NCBI GenBank assembly: GCA_016930515.1
Contig: JAFGGO010000114.1
Span: 1-64,000 of the forward strand
Direction of reading: 5' to 3'
Source of the DNA: Promethearchaeota archaeon
GTDB taxonomy: Archaea; Asgardarchaeota; Lokiarchaeia; Sigyniarchaeales; SOKP01
Length of the DNA: 64,000 nucleotides
The position numbers and the translations under genes were made by a program. The notes under the pieces are model-generated. The model had not been told where the DNA came from. It searched no databases and worked only from the letters and a program-made list of their open reading frames with translations. How positions within the stretch are numbered: position 1 is the stretch's first letter; each line of letters begins with the position of its first letter. Positions 39,905-48,369 of the stretch are shown here, one piece after another.

Positions 39905-41725
39905 CTATTTCTTTCTATTTTTCACAGCATCATAAGTATTTGCCACAATATCCTCATCAAGCCATTCTTCTTTGAGGAGAAATCGTTGGATGAACTGGTT
40001 TGGATTCTTTGGAATTTCTGTTCTAAATTCAATATATCTAGGAACCATAAAGTACGCAAGTTTTTCTTTCATAAACTCGTACAATTGCTCGTATGAAAGC
40101 GCTCCTTTTTTCTTTTGTACAACACATATTTTTAATTCTTTTTTTTGGGTTGTTTTGTCTATAACCTCAAAAACTGCACTTTCTACAACAAGTGGATGAG
40201 AATTTGCAACACGCTCAACATCCATAGCGAAAAAAATTTCGTTATTACGTTCGATCATATCGTCCTTTCTTCCCAAGAAATAGATATAGCCCTCGTGATC
40301 TTTATAACCAAAATCACCTGTAAATACCCAGCGGTCTGGCCCAATTTTCATTGAAGTATCGTCTTCCAAGTTATAATACTCGAATTGAACGGGTAATTTC
40401 GCTCGCGAACATATTTCACCGATGTTATCTCTACCAGGGGGTAGCTCGTTTCCTTTCGAATCTACTATCTTTATCTCGTATCCTTTAGCAGGTTTTCCTA
40501 CTGAACCGCTTTTACCGCCTTTCGAACCCAAGATATTCATGGCTATTCCCACGCCTTCGATTAAGGTCCAAAATTCAATTATTTGGATTCCAAACCTTCT
40601 TTCTATCGTATCCCATATGGTTTTCAAGGCTCCTGGACCAAATGCGTATTTAATCGAGTGTTTTCTCTCTTTTTCTGAAGGAGGTTGATTAACTAGTTCA
40701 GACAAATACGCAGAATAATAACAAAAACAATCGGGCTTATATCGATCAATATCGTCCCAAAAGGTGTTCACATCGAATTTTTCAGTTAGCACGATTGATT
40801 TATTATAATACATTGCAGGAATTACGATTAAATATCTCGCTAGCGCTTGAGCTAAAGGTAATGGACAATAGAACTTGTTCGGTCCGAGGCCAGGTCCTAA
40901 TTCTTCAAATTCTCTTCCTACAGTAATACCAGATAGCGTGTAAAAGTTCCAATAAAAAACACCTTTCGGATTTCCTGTGGTTCCAGAAGTGTAAGAAATT
41001 TCAAGTGGAGAATGACTTCTAATGTCGATGTTTGGATTAGAATCGTCTTCTGATATAATTTCATTGAAATCTATTTCGTCATCATTAAAAATATGTGTTT
41101 TTGGAACATTTCGAATAATAATCGTCGAAATATTTTTGTAATTATCCCTATATTCTTTAAAAAACTTGTAAAATTCGTAGTCGATAATTATGATCTCAGT
41201 ATCGCTGTTTTTTAAGATGTATTCTATAATTGACAATCGAAATGACATGTTGATTGAAACGAACATGGCACCTATTTTCGCGATTGCAAACCAGGTAAAA
41301 AGTATTTCAGGACAGTTTGGGAACAATACGGCTATTTTAGGGGTTTTTAACTTTAACTTTTCGAGTAATTTTAAAAGTCCATTTGCATACCTGTTTGAAA
41401 TGTTATTTACATCTTGATAAGAATAAACCTGATCCTTGAAATACAGGAATGGCAAACCTTTATTCAATAAGGCTTTATCCTCCACAATTCTTGCAACAGT
41501 AGCGTCTTCAATTCCAAACCTTTCAGTAATCTCGTGTAAATCATAACTTTTTTTTATAATAATACTTCCTCCCCTGAGCTCTACATTGACTTCTTCTTTA
41601 TCCCTAAACGGAAAAGAAGGATCTTTCGATATTTTACTAGGAATATAAACCCATAGACTGCTATAACCTCGATTTCCTGATTTTTTCTTCGATATCTTCC
41701 CTTTACCCGATTTCACAATTTTCAC
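39905..41725 (-). CDS. AbrB/MazE-type DNA-binding domain fused to a degenerate CaiC-like acyl-CoA ligase
   Basis: N-terminal YSSLWVYIPSKISKDPSFPFRDKEEVNVELRGGSIIIKK. ANL motifs SYTSGTTGNPKG, FTGDFG and GRKDDMI are present; A5 reads FWTLIE and A10 reads PKNPNQFIQR. Confidence 0.88.
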   Translation of the reverse strand: MKIVKSGKGKISKKKSGNRGYSSLWVYIPSKISKDPSFPFRDKEEVNVELRGGSIIIKKSYDLHEITERFGIEDATVARIVEDKALLNKGLPFLYFKDQVYSYQDVNNISNRYANGLLKLLEKLKLKTPKIAVLFPNCPEILFTWFAIAKIGAMFVSINMSFRLSIIEYILKNSDTEIIIIDYEFYKFFKEYRDNYKNISTIIIRNVPKTHIFNDDEIDFNEIISEDDSNPNIDIRSHSPLEISYTSGTTGNPKGVFYWNFYTLSGITVGREFEELGPGLGPNKFYCPLPLAQALARYLIVIPAMYYNKSIVLTEKFDVNTFWDDIDRYKPDCFCYYSAYLSELVNQPPSEKERKHSIKYAFGPGALKTIWDTIERRFGIQIIEFWTLIEGVGIAMNILGSKGGKSGSVGKPAKGYEIKIVDSKGNELPPGRDNIGEICSRAKLPVQFEYYNLEDDTSMKIGPDRWVFTGDFGYKDHEGYIYFLGRKDDMIERNNEIFFAMDVERVANSHPLVVESAVFEVIDKTTQKKELKICVVQKKKGALSYEQLYEFMKEKLAYFMVPRYIEFRTEIPKNPNQFIQRFLLKEEWLDEDIVANTYDAVKNRKK

Positions 41726-41891
41726 AATGATTTTTTACTTAAGTACTTTTATGATTAGTTCGTCAAAAAAGATTACTAATTTTCTTCGAAATATTACCAT
41801 TATAATTGAAAAATCTGAGAATAAGAAGAAAAAAGAATTTTTATTTTTTTTGTAATAAAAATAAATACGTTAGAACAATGCAATGTCTAAT

Positions 41892-43895
41892 TTATATGGG
41901 AACATCTCGATATTGGTCCTTGAGATTTTCAAAATTATCGAGATTATAATGAGGAAAGTATAAGGAAAACGCATATTCTTTTTGAAATAATGGAGAAGAT
42001 GCAATTTCGTGATATTTTACCTCGTGAGCGATCCTATCAGCAAGATTTCGTTCTTCGTAATCTTTAATGAATAATTGAGCTCCCATTCCAGCAGAATTTC
42101 CTACTTGATAGATTTGCTCGGGAGCGATTTCGGGGAACAATCCTATAAAAGCAGCGTTTTCTTTCTTAATATAGTTCCCAAAACCACCAGCTAAAAGTAC
42201 TTGTTCGAGATCGAGCTTGCTTTTATTCTCCGAACCAAGAAGTAAATTAGCAGAGCTAAGAAAGGCTCCTTTCGCAAGTTGGAGTTGTCCCAAGTCTTTT
42301 TGAGAAATCGTTATTTCCTTAACATCACTTTCTTTTGGATCCAAATCTAACGCTCCAATATCCCATTCTGATTTGTAAACGATGTAGTGGGGTCCGTCCT
42401 CTCGTTTTACGATTCGTCGGTGATTTGCGACTTGATCTGATTTCAAATTAAACTTACCCGCTCTTGTAATTATCTTGGATTTTAACATTTCGGCAACAAT
42501 ATCAATAAGGCCTGATCCACATAAACCGAGGGGATTCACGTTTCCAATGACTCCTATCGATGGTTCCAAGGAGTTCCTATCGATATTTACAGACTCGATG
42601 GCCCCTTCACATCCTCTCATTCCGCATGATATGTGTGCCCCTTCTAGGGCGGAACCTGCGGCGCAGGATCCTGTAACCAAACCATTCTTGTTACCTAAAA
42701 CGAGTTCACCATTGGTTCCTATATCGATCAAGAGCGAATATTTATCGTATTCGTATATTTTCGAAGAAACTATGCATCCAATGGTATCCGTTCCTACATA
42801 ACCTGCAATGACAGGAGGGGAATAAATATTGATATTTGGACTGCAATTTATGCCCATTAATCCCGCACTCACATTAATCGGAGCTTTAAAGACGGGTACA
42901 TAAGGAGAAATGGAAAGATATTCCGTTGGGATCCCAAAAAACATGTGATGTATACCCGTGTTTCCAACGATTGCGATATCTTTAATTTGAGCAAGGGAAA
43001 TTTTTGCTTTTTTGGCGCAATCTTCCATTAGTTCATTAATGGCGCTTATTAATAGGCTTTTTGCGCTCTCTATGCTTTTATGTTTAACAATATATGTGAT
43101 TCTCGAGATTAAATCCTCTCCAATAACAACTTGAGGATTTAACATTGAAGATATTGCCGTAAGTTCTCCCGAATCCAGGTTTATTAGATATCCGACCACG
43201 GTTGTTGTCCCGATATCGAACGCCATGCCATATATATCATTAAAATCGTGTCCAGCCTCTACATCAAAAAGATTCCATTCGTTTTTGCCAGTATTTCTCC
43301 TAAAAAACGCTGTAATTGCACCTTCCTTTTCCCTCATGAGAAACGGAAGCTTTTTAGAAATATTATATAGGCAATCGTTTACCTGCAACGATGAATTATC
43401 GTCGTATAGTTTATGATTGCTCTGATCGCTTAATATTGCGTCATTCAAGCCAGTCAAATCGTTTCTTTGAGTTTTCAAATCCGTTGTTTTGATAACATAT
43501 TCTCGAGCAGATACGAGCGGTTGCATTTTATGTACGATTTCGATGCCTAAGGCGTTCAAATCCGAATCAATTAAAATTTGACTCCCCTTTGGAATTAATG
43601 CCTCGGTTAAATAAACCCTCAAGTCTCCAAGTACTTGAGCCTGGCATGCAAGTCGATAACCATCAGCAATCTTTTCTTTTCCAAGCACCTTTAGTTCTTT
43701 TTCGTTCGGTTCGGAAATTTTTGGTTTCGGGTCCATGATACGGATCAAACATTTCCCACAGGTACCCTTACCAGCGCATAACGCACCAATCGGGTAATTC
43801 AAGGCTAATAAGCCTTCATAAACCGTGGAACCGTTCTCCACGTGCAATCTTTTTGATACGGGTTCCAATATAAGAGTACTTCTTTTATGTTCCAT
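41892..43895 (-). CDS. ATP-dependent reductive activator of corrinoid proteins (RACo/RamA; 2Fe-2S + ASKHA, DUF4445)
   Basis: CAGKGTCGKC...RLACQ ferredoxin; FDIGTTTV, NPQ..GEDLISRI, IDIGTNGE, CAAGSALEG, GLCGSG, QLAKGA, LAGGFG, VGNSAG. Confidence 0.93.
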   Translation of the reverse strand: MEHKRSTLILEPVSKRLHVENGSTVYEGLLALNYPIGALCAGKGTCGKCLIRIMDPKPKISEPNEKELKVLGKEKIADGYRLACQAQVLGDLRVYLTEALIPKGSQILIDSDLNALGIEIVHKMQPLVSAREYVIKTTDLKTQRNDLTGLNDAILSDQSNHKLYDDNSSLQVNDCLYNISKKLPFLMREKEGAITAFFRRNTGKNEWNLFDVEAGHDFNDIYGMAFDIGTTTVVGYLINLDSGELTAISSMLNPQVVIGEDLISRITYIVKHKSIESAKSLLISAINELMEDCAKKAKISLAQIKDIAIVGNTGIHHMFFGIPTEYLSISPYVPVFKAPINVSAGLMGINCSPNINIYSPPVIAGYVGTDTIGCIVSSKIYEYDKYSLLIDIGTNGELVLGNKNGLVTGSCAAGSALEGAHISCGMRGCEGAIESVNIDRNSLEPSIGVIGNVNPLGLCGSGLIDIVAEMLKSKIITRAGKFNLKSDQVANHRRIVKREDGPHYIVYKSEWDIGALDLDPKESDVKEITISQKDLGQLQLAKGAFLSSANLLLGSENKSKLDLEQVLLAGGFGNYIKKENAAFIGLFPEIAPEQIYQVGNSAGMGAQLFIKDYEERNLADRIAHEVKYHEIASSPLFQKEYAFSLYFPHYNLDNFENLKDQYRDVPI

Positions 43896-43983
43896 TTGAG
43901 ATTCCTTTTATCAAAATATTTCCATAAATAAATAAATATCATAATAAATTTAATGTAAAAAAAATAGATTACGAAAAATAATT

Positions 43984-44646
43984 TTAATTTCTTAACCAAA
44001 TATCGATAAAATCGACTCCTTCGATAGCGTCCTTTGTAAAAGCGTCTACTTTCAATTCTTCTGCGATATCTTCAGAAACGGCAGCTCCACCGAGAATTAT
44101 CTTAGGGTTTAACTCCAGATTTCCGTTTTTCAGGAGTTCTACCGCTCTCTTTACGGCGGGCTCCACGGAAGAGAGAAGGAACGATATTCCTATAACTTTA
44201 ACATCTGGCAATTTTGCGGCTTCTAAAAAATCTTCGGGACTTACATCAACACCAAGGTCTATTACATCCATTCCAAACGATTTCATTATAGCAATTAAAA
44301 TACTTTTTCCCAAGCTATGGATATCTCCTTGGATCGTTCCAATAACGACTTTTCCCTTATAATTTCGAGCCCTTGCAAGTTCTTGCCTTTTTTCTTCGTC
44401 AATCGTGAGTAGTCCGTCGCTTAAAGCTTCAGCGGCCAAGATGAGTCCCATCTCTCCCGAATCTTCAAGGCCTTCGAGAACTCCTCTTTTAATTATTTTA
44501 ATGGTCGATATGCCAGCGTCTATAGCGTCCTTTATTACGGCTTTCATGGAATAAAAGTCCAAGGATCTCACGGCGTCTACGATGTTATCGATGTATTGCT
44601 TATCTTCTTGTAAGAGTTCTACATGTTCGGTCTCAACATTCTGCAT
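43984..44646 (-). CDS. Cobalamin-binding corrinoid (methyl-carrier) protein
   Basis: GTIQGDIHSLGK (DxHxxG), DLGVDVSPEDF, IGISFLL, LGGAAV; shortened four-helix cap. Confidence 0.92.
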   Translation of the reverse strand: MQNVETEHVELLQEDKQYIDNIVDAVRSLDFYSMKAVIKDAIDAGISTIKIIKRGVLEGLEDSGEMGLILAAEALSDGLLTIDEEKRQELARARNYKGKVVIGTIQGDIHSLGKSILIAIMKSFGMDVIDLGVDVSPEDFLEAAKLPDVKVIGISFLLSSVEPAVKRAVELLKNGNLELNPKIILGGAAVSEDIAEELKVDAFTKDAIEGVDFIDIWLRN

Positions 44647-44689
44647 TTTTAACCATCTCTTTGTTTAAAATTAAAAAAAAATTGTTGAA

Positions 44690-45496
44690 TTACATGATAA
44701 ACACAATTCCGTGCCACGCAACATAAGGCACGCCAGTCTTATCGTGTTCGGGATTAATGACATATAAGGGCTTCTCTCCGCACTTAACGGCAGTTGCGAA
44801 TACATCAACTCCACACGCTTCTAAAGCTGGGCGCGCTCTTAAATACTGTCGGCACAATTCTCCCTCGAGAGAAGGACATTTTGGAAGTTTTTTTTGTTGC
44901 ATCAAGTCCTTAAAGAACTCTGCAGTCCACATTCCACATCCAACACAAGGACCACCTTTAAAGCCCATTGCGAGGTAATATCCGAGGTAGGTCGCTTCTG
45001 CTTCCACCCACGAAACGATCTCGTTCAGTAAATTCACGTCGCCGTGAACGCCAGTCAAGATACTGGGAAAGATGTTGTTTTCCACTGGCGGGTAAATTGA
45101 AACCATGATGGCGTAGTTATAGCAATCCACGATTTCCCGCATTTCTTCTGCGGTGGGCGAATGTGGCGGACAATTCAAGTTGGAACCGTAACCGAAACAT
45201 ATCGGAACTCGGCATTTCATTCGAACACGCGGATCAATAATGACATTTCTCGGATCGATGAACTTGGCGTGACCAACACATTCAACCTTATACTTCTCAA
45301 TCGCGTCTTTTATATATTTATTGGCTCTCTTCAGGAGCTCGTCGAAAATCTCTTGTTTTGGTTCGAGCTGCATGGGCGAGGGTTCCCTTCCATACTTTTT
45401 TGGCAATACCCTACGCCACTTGTAGGCCATCTTCGAGTCTTCCCGGTCTACATCGGGGATTGGGACTGGTTTAGACGATTTAGTTGGATTTTGCAT
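44690..45496 (-). CDS. DUF2284-type Cys-rich metal-binding protein
   Basis: VRMKC..P.C.GYG.NLNCPPHSP, GGPCVGC, CRQYLRARPALEACGVDVFATA. Confidence 0.85.
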   Translation of the reverse strand: MQNPTKSSKPVPIPDVDREDSKMAYKWRRVLPKKYGREPSPMQLEPKQEIFDELLKRANKYIKDAIEKYKVECVGHAKFIDPRNVIIDPRVRMKCRVPICFGYGSNLNCPPHSPTAEEMREIVDCYNYAIMVSIYPPVENNIFPSILTGVHGDVNLLNEIVSWVEAEATYLGYYLAMGFKGGPCVGCGMWTAEFFKDLMQQKKLPKCPSLEGELCRQYLRARPALEACGVDVFATAVKCGEKPLYVINPEHDKTGVPYVAWHGIVFIM

Positions 45497-45841
45497 TAGT
45501 TTTACCTTGTTTTTCTTGTTAATCTAGTTTTCCTATTGTTTTATCATATTACTAACGTAAACCGAGGCTTAGGTTAGTAGTGTTATAACTAATATTAATC
45601 GATTGTTTAAAAAGATATCTAATTGAATAAGCGTTCATTTGAACCGGCATTCACTTTATTAAAAACGCTCGAATATATTAATAAACCTCCGAATCGGGTA
45701 TTTCAAGCGAATATTTTGATATCTTTTTAATTTCACGGAATATAAACAAGATATAAATTCTCAATTCCATAGTTATAATTTAAAGACAATTTCTGCTCAA
45801 AATCTAATAAATTAGAAGATTTGATACATTCTGAAAATTTA

Positions 45842-46168
45842 TTAGATACATTTAAAAATTAAAAAAAGATTCAAAAAAAAATCTATTTTAGGTGATTTTT
45901 TGATTATTATCGCTGCAACAATAGAGATCCGTGCTAATTCCAGCAAACAGTAGCAAGAAATAGACTCATCTGACTCTGAAAGCTTAACAAAAACAGAGAT
46001 CTCATTTGACAGAGAATTCCCATTTTCGTTAAATGCCATAACTTGGAAGTAATATCTTCTGTTATCCCACCAAGATATATTCGCTCCTCCCGAACCATCG
46101 CTAGTTATCTTGGAGTGATATCGAATATTCGTTGCGTTGTAAATTAGAACGCCCGAGGGATTCCACAT
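45842..46168 (-). pseudogene. Internally deleted remnant of a surface protein
   Basis: A SDGSGGANISWWDNR repeat fragment abuts an FN3 tail (YYFQVMAFNENGNSLSNEISVFV) and a decayed CTERM anchor (SISCY...IVAAIIIKK). Confidence 0.55.
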
Positions 46169-46423
46169 TTCCTGACGAATCTAATTTCTAAGATCGTATT
46201 TCCTCGTAAAATACATCATACTACTAATAATCGCATTATAATAATCAGAATTAAATTCTTTTTATTTTTACTTCCAACCATCTCTCCCTTGTTGGTTCAC
46301 GATCAATATAGGGACTATAAAGGTGAAATTAGGCATTAAATTAGAGATCCTTTTCGCTTCCGCGCCTATCAGAAAATTGTCGGACCATGAACATTTTATT
46401 CTTGTGAATTACTACCTCGCGAG

Positions 46424-47176
46424 ATGCAGTTTGACTCGGGATTTAGTGTGTTTCGATCGAACAAGGAGCGTTCTATCGTCCCTAGCGGGGAAAAAGCCTT
46501 GGACGAGATTCTTTCGGGAGGTTTCCATCGAGAGCTCGTCTATCTCATCTACGGAGACAAGAAAAGGAGCGCAAGCGTCTTGCTTAGCACCTCAGTCGAG
46601 GCGCAAAAGGCTTGCGTCAACGGAGGAATCGGAGAAAGAGCGCAAGTAGCATTCATAGACGGTACGAATCGATTTAACCCTTATGACATCAGCAAATACG
46701 CCGTTTCGCAGCGTTTATCGCCACAACGAGTGTTGGAAAACATTCTTGTCGCTCGAGCGTTTACTTGGGACCAAATGATAGAGATCTTGGAAAATAGACT
46801 TTCTAATCTCGAGGGGATCAAGGTATTACTCGTCTCGGGAATCACGTGCCTGCTTCAAAACCACGATAAGCGAACCTTCGAAGACTTGCTCCGGGCAATA
46901 GGCGGTATAAAAAAAGCGCTTGAAAAGTCAAGGCCCTTGATCGTTTTAACCGCCCCCTTGAACGAATATTCCCTGTTTCGACCCGAAGGGGGAAAAATTC
47001 TCGCTCATTTTGGAAGCGTGTTGGTCTTGATAAACGATAACGAGCGCTTCACGGAATATACGCTCGTTCAGCACCCCTACCTCCCAGAACGCAGGATTTT
47101 GAGGTGGAAGCCCAGAAGAAGCAAGAGGCCCCTGTCCTGCACCACGCGAAACGCCAAGATTGACAATTGGTTTTAA
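46424..47176 (+). CDS. Inactive RecA/RadA-superfamily protein (ImuA-like, PolB2-associated)
   Basis: SGEKALDEILSGGF, degenerate Walker A (YGDKKRSAS), FIDGTNRFNPY, ILVARAFT; C-terminal PIP-like NAKIDNWF. Confidence 0.85.
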   Translation: MQFDSGFSVFRSNKERSIVPSGEKALDEILSGGFHRELVYLIYGDKKRSASVLLSTSVEAQKACVNGGIGERAQVAFIDGTNRFNPYDISKYAVSQRLSPQRVLENILVARAFTWDQMIEILENRLSNLEGIKVLLVSGITCLLQNHDKRTFEDLLRAIGGIKKALEKSRPLIVLTAPLNEYSLFRPEGGKILAHFGSVLVLINDNERFTEYTLVQHPYLPERRILRWKPRRSKRPLSCTTRNAKIDNWF

Positions 47177-47183
47177 CATGAGA

Positions 47184-48356
47184 CTATAATTTTTTCATTT
47201 CCTTGATTAAAGAAACGATAGCTTGATATTTTTCGAGCGCTTCAGCAACATTTTTTTTTTCCAAGGCGTTCAAGCAGGCTATATTTATCGATCGTATTTG
47301 ATTCTTGAGATTTTTGCTTTTCTCGAGTCGTTCTTTTTCTTCGTTTATCGATTTTTTGATGTCGTCCAAAAATGCCTGATATTTCTGCTCAAGTTCCTGA
47401 TTGCCCGATGAACGCGAAAAAGAAATGATGGTCTCACAATTTGAGATCGCATTATCGAAAAACCCTTCTTTTAGATTTTGTTGAAAGTCCAGCTCTAATT
47501 GAGCAATATTTTCTCCAACTTTTTGAAATTCTTCTATAGCAGTGGTGATTTCTTTTAAGCGATTCTCTAACTTGGGAAGCAGTTCGTTCATCTCCTTTAA
47601 TTTAATCAAGGCGATTTCAAGAGTGATTTCATTCTTAGCTTCTTCAAATTGACCGCTTTTTTCTAGTTTTTTGCTCGTGTCGATTACTTTTTCGATTTTT
47701 TCGTATGTCTTTCGAACTTCCTCGTATTCCTCGTATTTTAATTTTTGTATGAGGCTGTGCTCTAAAGTGCCCCATTTTCTCTGATATAATTCTTTTTTGA
47801 CACCTTCGAGGGTATATATATGTTCCCAAGCCCGGTCTATAACATCGTTTGCCTTATCAATAGCTTGGAGCCTTATGGCGTTATAAAATTGAATTTCCAA
47901 GCGATCGAGAGATTCTACTTTATTATCTTGTTCAACTTGATACCCCTTCCAAATTTCTTCGTCCTTATTAATACAATAATTTGCCGAAGGATAGCGAGAG
48001 AGGTTATAATGTTGTTGATATTTTTGTTTGAACTCCATTACGAGCTCGTGGGCTTTTTTAATATCGTCCACATCCAAGTAGTCGTCAAATTTTTCTTTTA
48101 ATTTATCGCTCAATAGTACAAGGTCAACGGTTTTTGATTTATTGGTAGAAGTAGATCGTATTTTTTCTATGTAATCTTGTTGTTCTTTTACAAATTGCTC
48201 CAAGTTTATCTTCCGAGCTAAATCAATTATCCTTTCCGAAATTTTCAGGGCTTGATCGACTTTTCCCGTGCTATAGCAACTAGCTTGTGAAAGTTTAAGC
48301 TCTTCTATTTCAGCTATGATTGCGATCTTATCGAGGTTATCTGATTTTGAAGGCAA
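47184..48356 (-). CDS. Helical-repeat protein, paralog of the rod of 48370-50772
   Basis: ISERIIDLARK aligns with ISDRIIELSKE, AHELVMEFKQKY with AHKLVSDFKKKY, and AISNCETII with AIKNCESLL. Confidence 0.82.
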   Translation of the reverse strand: MPSKSDNLDKIAIIAEIEELKLSQASCYSTGKVDQALKISERIIDLARKINLEQFVKEQQDYIEKIRSTSTNKSKTVDLVLLSDKLKEKFDDYLDVDDIKKAHELVMEFKQKYQQHYNLSRYPSANYCINKDEEIWKGYQVEQDNKVESLDRLEIQFYNAIRLQAIDKANDVIDRAWEHIYTLEGVKKELYQRKWGTLEHSLIQKLKYEEYEEVRKTYEKIEKVIDTSKKLEKSGQFEEAKNEITLEIALIKLKEMNELLPKLENRLKEITTAIEEFQKVGENIAQLELDFQQNLKEGFFDNAISNCETIISFSRSSGNQELEQKYQAFLDDIKKSINEEKERLEKSKNLKNQIRSINIACLNALEKKNVAEALEKYQAIVSLIKEMKKL

Positions 48357-48369
48357 GAAACAATATCAC

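Noticed and set aside
43984-44646. Corrinoid protein as HgcA (mercury methylation)
   Set aside because: It has the DxHxxG His-on motif, lacks N(V/I)WCA and TM helices, and has no hgcB ferredoxin.
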